A stretch of 63,711 nucleotides of DNA, filler included, from Lama guanicoe (Eukaryota), in assembly GCA_013239625.1 (NCBI GenBank). It is 212 parts of 212 records of this genome, joined end to end, with 100 filler letters (N's around TTAATTAATTAA, not from the genome) between each part and the next. Parts side by side here need not be neighbours in the genome. Positions count along the whole stretch, not along the records: positions 49,966 to 50,166 come from PNXV01030748.1; positions 50,267 to 50,467 come from PNXV01030749.1; positions 50,568 to 50,768 come from PNXV01030750.1; positions 50,869 to 51,069 come from PNXV01030751.1; positions 51,170 to 51,370 come from PNXV01030752.1; positions 51,471 to 51,671 come from PNXV01030753.1; positions 51,772 to 51,972 come from PNXV01030754.1; positions 52,073 to 52,273 come from PNXV01030755.1; 204 more parts are not named here. One strand, given 5' to 3'. Shown piece after piece: positions 49,966 through 62,480 of this stretch; positions within the stretch are counted from its first letter, which is position 1; each line of letters begins with the position of its first letter. Made by a program: the position numbers and the translations under genes. The notes below the pieces were generated by a model. The model was not told the DNA's origin, searched no databases, and saw only the letters and a list, made by a program, of their open reading frames with translations.

Positions 49966-50166
49966 ATCAAATAATCAGACTTAACATGTAAAGAAATTAA
50001 CCTTGATTTAGCTGCATTTGAGAAAAATGGGTGTAACTTTAGAGAGAAATAAAGACTTTATTTTAGTGGGTATTAAATTCTAGTTCTGTTAATCGAGGTC
50101 TATATTTATTAAGACATTTCCCAAATCATTCCTTGCTGTTATGTCACATTGCTGTACAGTTTAACT
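49966..50166. mobile_element. Possible ERV1 (MER4-group-like) internal non-coding fragment
   Basis: Recalled similarity only (ttaaattctagttctgttaa..gaggtctatatttattaagac). Confidence 0.35.
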
Positions 50167-51514
50167 NNNNNNNNNNNNNNNNNNNNNNNNNNNNNNNNNN
50201 NNNNNNNNNNTTAATTAATTAANNNNNNNNNNNNNNNNNNNNNNNNNNNNNNNNNNNNNNNNNNNNGCAGCCTGTGTTCTTGTCCTTCTCACTACTTGTC
50301 ATCTGGCCCCTCCTGAGTGCCATTGCCCCCAAGGCTAAGGCAGGAGATGATCGGTGGTTTTAATTAGATGAAGCCGACCCCTCCTGGGGTATTACCCCCC
50401 GGGGCAGGACAGTTCCTTGCACTGGCTGAAGTATGGTCGTGGCTGTGCCAGGTGTCCCCTCGTTTGGNNNNNNNNNNNNNNNNNNNNNNNNNNNNNNNNN
50501 NNNNNNNNNNNTTAATTAATTAANNNNNNNNNNNNNNNNNNNNNNNNNNNNNNNNNNNNNNNNNNNNGCCAGGCAGCATAATTTCACAGCTCCTTCTTTT
50601 CTTTCATCAAAAAGATTTTCTAAGTTCTGTTCTCTCCTGTTTAGGGTATGTATTACTTATTTCATCTGCTTAAAACAAAAATTCACAGCCAGCATCTTCA
50701 CATGGGGCCTTTTCTTCACGCTGCTTTAACTGTAAATTCTTTGCTGGCTGCTACCCCTTGGCTACCACNNNNNNNNNNNNNNNNNNNNNNNNNNNNNNNN
50801 NNNNNNNNNNNNTTAATTAATTAANNNNNNNNNNNNNNNNNNNNNNNNNNNNNNNNNNNNNNNNNNNNCAGGAAGACTTTGCATAGCTCTTGTGAAATTA
50901 TAAAAAAATCTTGCTTCTTGCTTCATTGCTTTTATCCAGATTACTTCTTATTTATTTAAATTAATGAAATTTAACTTATTGGAGGATTAAGATATATTTA
51001 CCAATGCAAAAAAACCTCTCATTCATATACAGTTATCATTCTCAGACTCTGTTTCAGATTCATTTTTATNNNNNNNNNNNNNNNNNNNNNNNNNNNNNNN
51101 NNNNNNNNNNNNNTTAATTAATTAANNNNNNNNNNNNNNNNNNNNNNNNNNNNNNNNNNNNNNNNNNNNTCTATGTGCTTTGCATCACCCTCCACCTTGC
51201 CCTCTCCTCTCAGCCACACGGGCTCTTCTCCTGGGTTGTGCCAAGAAATCTTCGCCCTGGCTGGATGGTTGTCCACACAGTTACCACGGAGCCGTCCATT
51301 GTCCTGACCCTTCTTCATCTCTTTGGCTCCTACCTCATTACTACGTCCAGATCACAGGAACCTCTGATGGNNNNNNNNNNNNNNNNNNNNNNNNNNNNNN
51401 NNNNNNNNNNNNNNTTAATTAATTAANNNNNNNNNNNNNNNNNNNNNNNNNNNNNNNNNNNNNNNNNNNNATCCAGGCTGAATCAGTAATATACAAAATT
51501 CTCACAATAATGAG

Positions 51515-51671
51515 AATCTCAGCAATGTTCTCCTAGGGCAGTCTACCCAGGCAATAGAAACAAGCAAAAATTAACAAATGGGACCTAATTAAACTTATAA
51601 GCTTTGCACAACAAAGGAAACTATGAACAGAACAAAATGGTAACCTGTGGAATGGGAGAAAATATTTGCAA
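51515..51671 (+). mobile_element. L1 ORF2 C-terminal fragment
   Basis: aaaattaacaaatgggacctaattaaactta...gaatgggagaaaatatttgcaa. Confidence 0.9.
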
Positions 51672-51784
51672 NNNNNNNNNNNNNNNNNNNNNNNNNNNNN
51701 NNNNNNNNNNNNNNNTTAATTAATTAANNNNNNNNNNNNNNNNNNNNNNNNNNNNNNNNNNNNNNNNNNNNATAGTAGGATGTT

Positions 51785-51896
51785 TGATTTCTGAACAATC
51801 TACAATGCACAGGCATCCCCCACCCCCAAAGACACACTTTTCAGCAAGGAATTAGCTGGTTCAAAATGCCAGTAGTGCTGAGTTTGAGAAACTCTG
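51785..51896. mobile_element. MER20 fragment
   Basis: ctacaatgcacaggcatccccc...caaaatgccagtagtgctgagtttgagaaactctg. Confidence 0.75.
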
Positions 51897-52072
51897 AGAT
51901 AAATGGAAAGGAATTCTTCCATAGATGAGCCATGAATAAATCCTAATCAAGAAACCAGTCTATCAACAAGTGNNNNNNNNNNNNNNNNNNNNNNNNNNNN
52001 NNNNNNNNNNNNNNNNTTAATTAATTAANNNNNNNNNNNNNNNNNNNNNNNNNNNNNNNNNNNNNNNNNNNN

Positions 52073-52265
52073 AGAGTACAATACATGCTGGATTTAAAGA
52101 CTTTGTACAAAAAAAATTAACAAAATATCAATAATATAAAAATACTGATTACATGTTAAATGATAATAGTTTGGAAAGACTGGGCTAAATAAAATGGTAT
52201 TAAAATTAATTTCACTTGTTTTTTACTTTTTAAATATGGCTACTAGAAAGTTAAAAAATTTTCAT
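52073..52265. mobile_element. MER33-like hAT-Charlie DNA transposon fragment
   Basis: ctggatttaaagact...tgattacatgttaaatgataata...ttaaaattaatttcac...ggctactagaaa. Confidence 0.8.
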
Positions 52266-53276
52266 TTCATTGCNNNNNNNNNNNNNNNNNNNNNNNNNNN
52301 NNNNNNNNNNNNNNNNNTTAATTAATTAANNNNNNNNNNNNNNNNNNNNNNNNNNNNNNNNNNNNNNNNNNNNTCTGCTGCAGGACAATCCCTGACCAGC
52401 AAAGACTAAAAGGGACTCAGAGTTTCTTGATGTTACCTCCCCAAATTCCAAGATCCAGTTGTCAAATCAACACTTGGGAAAATAAATTTCGATGTGAAAA
52501 CAGAATCCATTGGCACTAAACTGAGATGACTCAATGTTGACATATGTTTAGGGAACATCAGACCCCTGGATGAGNNNNNNNNNNNNNNNNNNNNNNNNNN
52601 NNNNNNNNNNNNNNNNNNTTAATTAATTAANNNNNNNNNNNNNNNNNNNNNNNNNNNNNNNNNNNNNNNNNNNNTGGGCTGATGGAGCTCACCTCCAAGC
52701 CGTCAGGTCAAAATGAGATGGTATGAGTGACTGTTAGGCAGAATGCTTGGCAAAGTTCTAGTTGCTCTTGCTGCTTTATAATGTCTTCTTAGGTAAATCC
52801 GTTGTGCATTGGTTTGCGAATACCTACTCATTTGATTTAAGAAAAATAGCATGCCTTAAGAATTTTAAAAATAAGNNNNNNNNNNNNNNNNNNNNNNNNN
52901 NNNNNNNNNNNNNNNNNNNTTAATTAATTAANNNNNNNNNNNNNNNNNNNNNNNNNNNNNNNNNNNNNNNNNNNNGATGTTTGGTTCCACAGCAAATGGT
53001 CCCAGACTGGTAGTTTCAGCTATTTATGTTTTGTGTGGTTTTCTGTCTTCCCCTTGCTGGGAGCTGTCATTCTTTGCTACAACCCGGATGCCTATGGTAA
53101 CATGTAATCACGTTTCTCCCTTCCTAGTTCATTATCTTAATGCCTCTGTGAATTCAGATAACTGAGTTTAATTCGTNNNNNNNNNNNNNNNNNNNNNNNN
53201 NNNNNNNNNNNNNNNNNNNNTTAATTAATTAANNNNNNNNNNNNNNNNNNNNNNNNNNNNNNNNNNNNNNNNNNNN

Positions 53277-53477
53277 GTAAAAGCCTAACTGTCTATGAGT
53301 GACAGAAGGCTCAGGAAGGCATGGTTACAGACCTGATTACAATGCAGCTGATAAAGAAACTTGGTTAATGCTGTGACATACATTTTAAGACAATAACTGG
53401 AATTATGATTGATAATATTTTATCAGGACATACCAAATTTTAGGTATTCCATATAACTTCTAGACTCTTTATGCTAA
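53277..53477. mobile_element. ERV1 (MER4-group-like) internal fragment
   Basis: cagctgataaagaaacttggtta...ataactggaattatgattgataa...caggacataccaaattttagg. Confidence 0.55.
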
Positions 53478-53584
53478 NNNNNNNNNNNNNNNNNNNNNNN
53501 NNNNNNNNNNNNNNNNNNNNNTTAATTAATTAANNNNNNNNNNNNNNNNNNNNNNNNNNNNNNNNNNNNNNNNNNNNTTAAGTA

Positions 53585-53745
53585 TTTACCCCAATATTGT
53601 GAGGCACTACTCTGAGCCCTGTTTTACAGAAGTGGCAGCTGCATCCCACACAGGACACACTACTTGCCCAGAGGACCATGGCTTCTGAGTGGGGGAGCCA
53701 GGATCTGAACCTACACCTGAATGACCCACAAGCCTACCTTTTCCT
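53585..53745. mobile_element. MIR SINE fragment
   Basis: ccctgttttacagaagtgg...acttgcccagagg...ggagccaggatctgaacc. Confidence 0.7.
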
Positions 53746-54564
53746 AACCTCTCTGTTACACTCACCACTTACTGGTGGNNNNNNNNNNNNNNNNNNNNNN
53801 NNNNNNNNNNNNNNNNNNNNNNTTAATTAATTAANNNNNNNNNNNNNNNNNNNNNNNNNNNNNNNNNNNNNNNNNNNNCCATTTCCAGGGAGGCAGCCCG
53901 GCACAAAGAGCCAGGACTCAGTTCAGCCGCCAAGAGAGGACAAGAGTAGCTGTTTCCAGATGAGGGCACGTGACAGAGGAGATCGGAGCCATGCCACAGA
54001 CCAGGAAGCAGATGGAAGCAGATGGGCGCAGGGCTGTCACCCTGGCGAGGGGACCCCTGTGTAGATTTTTAATGAGCTCNNNNNNNNNNNNNNNNNNNNN
54101 NNNNNNNNNNNNNNNNNNNNNNNTTAATTAATTAANNNNNNNNNNNNNNNNNNNNNNNNNNNNNNNNNNNNNNNNNNNNCCACGGAGCAAAGAGGGTAAG
54201 TGGGCTTAGAAATGCCAGGCCTGGCAGCCACCTCCATGACCTGGCTGACGGGAATCTGAGAGGCTCTGGCTGAGAACCGACACACCAGCAGGAACAGGGG
54301 GGTGACGGGGGTCAGGGTGCAGGACGGTGGGGGGAGCAGACAGGCGGTTACCAGGTGCCGCCGGGCCCCATGTAGACGAANNNNNNNNNNNNNNNNNNNN
54401 NNNNNNNNNNNNNNNNNNNNNNNNTTAATTAATTAANNNNNNNNNNNNNNNNNNNNNNNNNNNNNNNNNNNNNNNNNNNNTCTGTTGGATGCCAGCCCCT
54501 TCAAAGGTGTCTCCCAGGGAACTTCAGCCAAAGTGGAAGGTGTCCTACGGAGCATCGAGTCTTT

Positions 54565-54640
54565 CTCTAATGTCACCTTCTCAGTGAGGCCCACCCTGAA
54601 CACCTTACTTAATATTGCAACCCGCCTGCACCTCCACCCC
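54565..54640 (+). mobile_element. LINE-2 fragment
   Basis: aatgtcaccttctcagtgaggcccaccctgaacaccttacttaatattgcaacc. Confidence 0.75.
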
Positions 54641-55082
54641 ACATTCTCAAGTTCATAACACAGTCCTCACCACCTGCTGTTNNNNNNNNNNNNNNNNNNN
54701 NNNNNNNNNNNNNNNNNNNNNNNNNTTAATTAATTAANNNNNNNNNNNNNNNNNNNNNNNNNNNNNNNNNNNNNNNNNNNNAACTCCGACTACAAAGGTT
54801 GGATGCTATAAGGTGTAGCTTCCAGGTTGTCGGTGGGGAGAAGGGGGCAAGTGATCCAGTGGCCCCCATTCTGTGGTACAGCATTACAGCTTCCTTCGCT
54901 TGTCATAGACATCAACATTTGGCTTTCAAAGGCGCATAATTGTGTTCATCAGTGCTCTGGACAAATCAACATCAAAATTCTGNNNNNNNNNNNNNNNNNN
55001 NNNNNNNNNNNNNNNNNNNNNNNNNNTTAATTAATTAANNNNNNNNNNNNNNNNNNNNNNNNNNNNNNNNNNNNNNNNNNNN

Positions 55083-55283
55083 TTGTGCTCCTCAAAGTTC
55101 ATATGTTGAAGCTTAATGCCCAGTGTGATGGGGTTAGGAGATGGGGCCTTTGAGAGGTGATTAGGTCACGAGGCCCTGTCTCTAAATACAGTCACACTGA
55201 ATGAGGTCAAAAAAGACTCCGAAGAGACTCTTGCAAGAGATTCCAGAGAGATCCCTCACCCTTTTTACCGTGTGAGGACACAA
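55083..55283 (+). mobile_element. MaLR MLT1A-like LTR fragment
   Basis: ttcatatgttgaagcttaatgcccagtgtgatgg..ttaggagatggggcctttgagaggtgattaggtcacgagg...tgtgaggacaca. Confidence 0.85.
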
Positions 55284-55985
55284 NNNNNNNNNNNNNNNNN
55301 NNNNNNNNNNNNNNNNNNNNNNNNNNNTTAATTAATTAANNNNNNNNNNNNNNNNNNNNNNNNNNNNNNNNNNNNNNNNNNNNCTGTCCCCCTTCCCCAC
55401 CCACTACCAAGGCTCGTGGCTTGGCCAGCCCTCACTCATCTTCCCCCTCCCCCGCCCACCTTCCAACGAAGGCCAATTTTGCCAGATGAGTCTGTGACGG
55501 AGAATTAGGAGGAAAGGGGCAGGGCACCTCATTGTGGGTGAGGGGAGGCACTGCAAGCCTTCCCTGCAGCCAGGTCAACCACAGNNNNNNNNNNNNNNNN
55601 NNNNNNNNNNNNNNNNNNNNNNNNNNNNTTAATTAATTAANNNNNNNNNNNNNNNNNNNNNNNNNNNNNNNNNNNNNNNNNNNNGACCAGACATACAGTT
55701 GGCTTCTCGTATGTAAATGAAAATCTGAGGCCAAAATAAGAAGTCTTATAAACTGAACTAGCGCATGTGACCGTGTCATCAGTTTGTAACCTCACATCAC
55801 AGAGTTTCTGGGGAGGGAGAAGGAATAAAAGTTTACCAGCTAATTGCAGTATTGCTCAGAGTAGAGAACCAGTAGTTTGTACCCCNNNNNNNNNNNNNNN
55901 NNNNNNNNNNNNNNNNNNNNNNNNNNNNNTTAATTAATTAANNNNNNNNNNNNNNNNNNNNNNNNNNNNNNNNNNNNNNNNNNNN

Positions 55986-56186
55986 AGGTTTGTCATAAAT
56001 AGCTTTTATAATATTGAGATATGTTCCCTCTATACCCACTTTGGTAAGAGGTTTTTTTTTTATCATAAATGGGTGTTGAGTTTTATCAAATACTTTTTCT
56101 ACGTCTATTGAGATGACCATGTGATGTTTGTCCTTTCTTTTGTTGATGTGATGTATCACAATAATTGATTTGCATATATTGAACCA
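55986..56186 (-). mobile_element. L1 ORF2 reverse-transcriptase fragment
   Basis: [33 protein letters not shown]...[17 protein letters not shown]. Confidence 0.97.
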
Positions 56187-56888
56187 NNNNNNNNNNNNNN
56201 NNNNNNNNNNNNNNNNNNNNNNNNNNNNNNTTAATTAATTAANNNNNNNNNNNNNNNNNNNNNNNNNNNNNNNNNNNNNNNNNNNNACCCCCGATAGCGC
56301 GCCAGCGCTCACAGGGGCAGCACTGCCCCCCACCCCGGGCCGCCACTGCCGGGGCATGGCCTTGCGCTGGGGGAGTTCCGGACGCACACTTCTCCTCATT
56401 TCAACAACACTGCCACAGAGCTGGTGGCAGCGCCACACCCGATTCACAGTCCCCAAGGCCCAGGGACAGGCCCAGGCGCACACAGGGNNNNNNNNNNNNN
56501 NNNNNNNNNNNNNNNNNNNNNNNNNNNNNNNTTAATTAATTAANNNNNNNNNNNNNNNNNNNNNNNNNNNNNNNNNNNNNNNNNNNNTCATTTTCCTAGT
56601 ATATCATTTTTCTAAAAGGCCAGAATCTTGGTCATGCCTGAAACCTATTCTTGTTGCATTGTGTTATATGGAGATGCACAATATAGTCCTTATTTTTTGG
56701 TAAACATTAAAATACAAGCTAGCTAATGATTATTAACTGATTTTTACTCTCTTTGGAATCTTTAGCAGATGATAAGTTATGTGAAATANNNNNNNNNNNN
56801 NNNNNNNNNNNNNNNNNNNNNNNNNNNNNNNNTTAATTAATTAANNNNNNNNNNNNNNNNNNNNNNNNNNNNNNNNNNNNNNNNNNNN

Positions 56889-57085
56889 TGTATTTTTAAA
56901 TTTGAAAGTTGGTAAGAGAGATCTTAAAAGTTCTCATTACAAGAAAAGAATTGTAGCTATATGTGGTGATGAATGTTAATCAGACGTATTGTGGAGATTA
57001 TTTCACAGCCTATAGAAATATCAAATCACTGTGTTGTACACCGAAACTAATATAATGCTATATGTCATGTATATCTCAATAAAAT
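56889..57085 (+). mobile_element. L1MA-type 3' terminus with poly(A) signal
   Basis: gatcttaaaagttctcattacaagaaaa...tgttgtacaccgaaactaatataatgctatatgtca..tatatctcaataaaa. Confidence 0.9.
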
Positions 57086-57791
57086 TTTCNNNNNNNNNNN
57101 NNNNNNNNNNNNNNNNNNNNNNNNNNNNNNNNNTTAATTAATTAANNNNNNNNNNNNNNNNNNNNNNNNNNNNNNNNNNNNNNNNNNNNCTCCAGCCAAA
57201 TTCGTTCCGTTCCTCACAGTAGAGAATTTCTCAGCAAACAGATCTTTTGTAAACAAACAGAAAATGAAAGGAATAAAATTGATGCTGATGACTGGCTCAT
57301 GTATCTGGGGGAAATGCAATTCACAAAAATGAGTTAATGGAGGAAAACCAATGCTACACTCATATGAGCAAAGTGTTAGAAAGCTGTGCTNNNNNNNNNN
57401 NNNNNNNNNNNNNNNNNNNNNNNNNNNNNNNNNNTTAATTAATTAANNNNNNNNNNNNNNNNNNNNNNNNNNNNNNNNNNNNNNNNNNNNCCTTCCTCGT
57501 GGAGCTCACGTTTCTCAGCAGGGAGTGTTATTTTCATCATATGCTTCTGGATCCCCCACATTCCCTGGCCCTGCTTCTGACTTGTTGGTAGCAGCCAGCG
57601 GGTCCCCCTTGGTGGCACAGAGCCCCCACCGCTCCTCCCCTGGACGGACTGAGTGAGCGGGGAACCCCTGGGCACCTCATTCTCCTCCTGGNNNNNNNNN
57701 NNNNNNNNNNNNNNNNNNNNNNNNNNNNNNNNNNNTTAATTAATTAANNNNNNNNNNNNNNNNNNNNNNNNNNNNNNNNNNNNNNNNNNNN

Positions 57792-57992
57792 TCACACCAT
57801 AAGGCCAACATCAAACTGATACCAAAACCAGACAAAGACAGTACCTCAAAAGAAAACTATAGGCCAATATAATTGATAAACATAGATGTAAAAGTCTTTA
57901 AGAAATTATTAACATAGAGAATCCAACAGCATCCAAAAAAAGATTATACTCCATGGTCAAGTTAGATGCATATCAGGAACACAAGGATGGTT
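57792..57992 (+). mobile_element. L1 ORF2 RT N-terminal fragment
   Basis: [36 protein letters not shown]. Confidence 0.95.
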
Positions 57993-58804
57993 NNNNNNNN
58001 NNNNNNNNNNNNNNNNNNNNNNNNNNNNNNNNNNNNTTAATTAATTAANNNNNNNNNNNNNNNNNNNNNNNNNNNNNNNNNNNNNNNNNNNNCCTGTCAG
58101 TGCTGCCCTGCAAGGTTCTGCAGCGGCTGCTCTTACCCTGACATGGGAGGGCGTAGAGGGACATTGTAGCACACGAGGGCAGGAGGGGGGTGCTTTAAAA
58201 GCAGACATGTAGCCACCTGCAGCTGCAGACCGGCAGGCAGTTTGGTTGACGGTCGTGGAGAGGACTTTGGAGGCCTTAGCATCGTCTTAAGACNNNNNNN
58301 NNNNNNNNNNNNNNNNNNNNNNNNNNNNNNNNNNNNNTTAATTAATTAANNNNNNNNNNNNNNNNNNNNNNNNNNNNNNNNNNNNNNNNNNNNAAGAGAA
58401 TGTTAAAAACATTATTTTCTGATCACTTTCTGAAGCTCTCATAAAACGGGCTTCCACTTAGAGCTTTCGGCTCCAGCTGATTAAGTGTTTCATACCTTAG
58501 AGAGGGTCATATTCCTCCCAAAAAGATAATCTGAAAATGTAAGGGGAGTCAGTAAGCACTGAGTTTTCACACAATTTCAGAACTTAAGGTCTCTNNNNNN
58601 NNNNNNNNNNNNNNNNNNNNNNNNNNNNNNNNNNNNNNTTAATTAATTAANNNNNNNNNNNNNNNNNNNNNNNNNNNNNNNNNNNNNNNNNNNNTAAGGA
58701 GACTAGTGAGAAGAAACAGAGACTTGAGACAGAGTTAATGCAGGACTTGCAGGCCCAAGATCTTGTGCATTGGGAGACTTCTGAATGACTAAACACCAGT
58801 CCTA

Positions 58805-58895
58805 ACTTAACTCAACACATCTTTATAAACCACTCGCTATGTATGCGGCACAGTTCTAGGTACTTGAGATGTATCAGTGAAACAGAGAGCCCTGT
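58805..58895 (-). mobile_element. LINE-2 3' end
   Basis: caacacatctttataaaccactcgctatgtatgcggcacagttctaggtacttgagatgtatcagtgaa. Confidence 0.7.
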
Positions 58896-59352
58896 NNNNN
58901 NNNNNNNNNNNNNNNNNNNNNNNNNNNNNNNNNNNNNNNTTAATTAATTAANNNNNNNNNNNNNNNNNNNNNNNNNNNNNNNNNNNNNNNNNNNNCCCCC
59001 TCAGTCAGAGCCTGGGAGGGAGGGAGGAAGAGGCCAGTGAGGGCAGGGGTCCTGCAACCACCCAGGACTGAGGGGGAGGAGCACATGATGTCTGCAGCCA
59101 TGACAGGGAAGGCAGCCAGGACCCCTGGGGCAGAACCAAGTCAGGGCCCCTCAGCTCCTGTCACCGGCCTCCCAAGATGGGCACCACTGTGACACGNNNN
59201 NNNNNNNNNNNNNNNNNNNNNNNNNNNNNNNNNNNNNNNNTTAATTAATTAANNNNNNNNNNNNNNNNNNNNNNNNNNNNNNNNNNNNNNNNNNNNACCT
59301 GCCCTCAACACCCAGAAATACCAGGACTTCCAGCAGTCACCTTCCTCTAAGC

Positions 59353-59497
59353 CAGCGGTTCTCAAAGTATGGTCCCCAGACCAACAGCATCAGTATCTCC
59401 TGGAAACTTGTCAAAGTTCAACTGCTTGTAAATTCTTAGCCCCACCCAAATCTGATGAAACAAAACTTTTGAAGTGGGGCCCTGTAATTTGTGTTTT
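59353..59497. mobile_element. MER5A (hAT-Charlie) fragment
   Basis: cagcggttctcaaagtatggtccccagaccaacagcatcagtatctcctggaaacttgt...gtggggccc..aatttgtgtttt. Confidence 0.9.
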
Positions 59498-59898
59498 NNN
59501 NNNNNNNNNNNNNNNNNNNNNNNNNNNNNNNNNNNNNNNNNTTAATTAATTAANNNNNNNNNNNNNNNNNNNNNNNNNNNNNNNNNNNNNNNNNNNNGGC
59601 CCTTGATGCAAGGCCAGTGGGCGTGATGTTCACTCATGCTTCCGCTTTAATGTTTAATAAAGTACGCCCAGACCTGTGTGTCCCCCCCACCCTTTGCTCA
59701 AAGGAGAGCTCAGCGACAAGAGCGCGCAGCTGAAATGGCTTCCTTAGATTGGGCGCTGGGAGCGCTCGGGCCATGACTGGATTGTGTGCGTCCAGTTCNN
59801 NNNNNNNNNNNNNNNNNNNNNNNNNNNNNNNNNNNNNNNNNNTTAATTAATTAANNNNNNNNNNNNNNNNNNNNNNNNNNNNNNNNNNNNNNNNNNNN

Positions 59899-60099
59899 CC
59901 GCCCCTTCCCACCACGCACTAGCCCCGCCTCTTCGTTCTCTCTGAGGTTCAGTCGACAAATCATAGGTTGTATATCCTCCGATTGACATGAGCACTATCC
60001 AATCACGTCTGAACAAACTGCCTTCTCTCCACCCCTTCATCTCCTCCCCAGCCGCGGGAGCGCCTTGCCAGGTCTTTCTCCACCCTCCAGGGAAAAAGA
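59899..60099. promoter_or_regulatory. Promoter-like fragment with GC boxes and a CCAAT box
   Basis: ccgcccc and ccccgcct GC boxes, CCAATCA at 59999-60005, an imperfect reverse box (gattga), and elevated CpG. Confidence 0.45.
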
Positions 60100-60199
60100 N
60101 NNNNNNNNNNNNNNNNNNNNNNNNNNNNNNNNNNNNNNNNNNNTTAATTAATTAANNNNNNNNNNNNNNNNNNNNNNNNNNNNNNNNNNNNNNNNNNNN

Positions 60200-60350
60200 G
60201 CAGGCTGTTGCAAGTTATTTAACCTCAGGCTCATATCTATGTAAAGGAAACAGCAACACCTACCAAACAAGTTAGATGGGAAAATGAAATGATATATATA
60301 AAGCATATCACTGATGTGTAATCAAGAATAAATAAATACATATTATTTAT
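60200..60350. mobile_element. MIR fragment
   Basis: gcaagttatttaacctc...tctatgtaaagg...aacacctacc...aaatgaaatgata. Confidence 0.6.
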
Positions 60351-61102
60351 CATTACCACAGGTTGTATGTATTAGTCTCTATATCTTGAGAGTTTTTCCT
60401 NNNNNNNNNNNNNNNNNNNNNNNNNNNNNNNNNNNNNNNNNNNNTTAATTAATTAANNNNNNNNNNNNNNNNNNNNNNNNNNNNNNNNNNNNNNNNNNNN
60501 GTGGATGAGGGAGTGGGCAGGGGGCAAGTTCACATCAAGTTGGTTGAGGGCAGATGCTCCAAGGGTCCCCGAGGTGCTTTCCCTCATCCCAGGGAGCAGC
60601 TGTTCACGTGAAAACAAAACAGGGCTTGCCAACTGTTGTCTCCAGAGAGGAGCCCAAGAGCTGCAAAATAAGTTCCCCTCCACTGCCAGTTCAGCCAAGT
60701 CNNNNNNNNNNNNNNNNNNNNNNNNNNNNNNNNNNNNNNNNNNNNTTAATTAATTAANNNNNNNNNNNNNNNNNNNNNNNNNNNNNNNNNNNNNNNNNNN
60801 NTATATATATATATATATGTATTTAGATTATATCTGCAAGTGCCTCTGTTTGAGAAGTGGGTCTAGATGTCCATTAAGCAACTGTTCTGTTTCTCATAGG
60901 AGAAAAGCTTAATAAAGCCAGTGGGATTTAAGCAAGTTGTGAAGGAGAGCTACTCTCAGTGATGGGAGGTGCCAGGCAGCACAGCCCAGGGCAGTGACGG
61001 GTNNNNNNNNNNNNNNNNNNNNNNNNNNNNNNNNNNNNNNNNNNNNTTAATTAATTAANNNNNNNNNNNNNNNNNNNNNNNNNNNNNNNNNNNNNNNNNN
61101 NN

Positions 61103-61235
61103 TTTGCCTTCATTCTGGGCTTCAGTTTCCCTTGATACAAGGATGATGACATCACCCAGCCTCACAGAGTGGTTGTAAGTAACTGGAAAGGAGAAGTTTA
61201 TAAGGCGTTCGGCTCAGAATGGTCACTTATTACTG
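61103..61235. mobile_element. MIR fragment
   Basis: ctgggcttcagtttccctt...cctcacagagtggttgtaag. Confidence 0.7.
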
Positions 61236-61403
61236 TTGCATGTTGTTGGGCAGATCAGTTAATCTCCTTGACTTTCAGATTCGTTATGTGTAAAAGGAGC
61301 ATTNNNNNNNNNNNNNNNNNNNNNNNNNNNNNNNNNNNNNNNNNNNNTTAATTAATTAANNNNNNNNNNNNNNNNNNNNNNNNNNNNNNNNNNNNNNNNN
61401 NNN

Positions 61404-61604
61404 GAAGATGACACAAACAAATGGAAAGATTTACCTTGCTCATGGATTGAAAGAATTAATGTTGTTATAATGACCATACTATTATTCAAGGTAATCTACA
61501 GATTCAATGCAAGCCCTATCAAAATACCAATGACATTTTTCACAGACCTGGAACAAATAATTCTAAAATTTGTTTGGAAACACAAAAGATCTTGAATAGC
61601 CCCC
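61404..61604 (+). mobile_element. L1 ORF2 fragment downstream of RT
   Basis: [26 protein letters not shown]...[33 protein letters not shown]. Confidence 0.97.
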
Positions 61605-62334
61605 NNNNNNNNNNNNNNNNNNNNNNNNNNNNNNNNNNNNNNNNNNNNTTAATTAATTAANNNNNNNNNNNNNNNNNNNNNNNNNNNNNNNNNNNNNNNN
61701 NNNNTTTTCCTCCTCAGAGGTATTTTATTTATGCAAAATTAGACAGTACCTTTCAATTCCTTTAAACTCTGGGGAAGACTTCCTAAAAATTTCAACATTC
61801 AGCAAACTCCTGCTAGGTGCCAGACTCTCCAGGTGCTGGGAATTTTTTAAATTCCTTTAGAATTGCCCATCCTCTGTCAAACTATCTAGTTTTTGTTTTC
61901 AATCTNNNNNNNNNNNNNNNNNNNNNNNNNNNNNNNNNNNNNNNNNNNNTTAATTAATTAANNNNNNNNNNNNNNNNNNNNNNNNNNNNNNNNNNNNNNN
62001 NNNNNCTCTTCCTGTTCATCCTGTGGAGTTTCCCTGAGCCACCCTGACCTATGTCACCTTGGCCTGTGTCACTGTGACCTTCAGGAAGCCTTGGTTCTGC
62101 TAGCAGCATTTCGTCCTCACCATGGCAAACTGATTCTGTTACCAGATTGGTCAGGTTCTAGCCCAGGCTGAGACCCCACCCTGTCCTGGCCAGGGAAGTT
62201 CTTTTTNNNNNNNNNNNNNNNNNNNNNNNNNNNNNNNNNNNNNNNNNNNNTTAATTAATTAANNNNNNNNNNNNNNNNNNNNNNNNNNNNNNNNNNNNNN
62301 NNNNNNCCCTTCCCAACCCCTTTACAAAATACCA

Positions 62335-62480
62335 TATTGCATCACTTAAATGTGGGTCTAAAATAAAGGACATAAATGAACCCATTTACAAAACAGAAGC
62401 AGACTCACATAGAGAGCAAACTTATGGTTACGTGGAGGGGTGCAGGGGGGTTAAATTTACAGAGTTTAGAGTCAACAGCC
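62335..62480 (+). mobile_element. L1 3' UTR fragment
   Basis: atcacttaaatgtgggtctaaaa...aaatgaacccatttacaaaacagaagcagactcac...caaacttatggttac. Confidence 0.85.
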
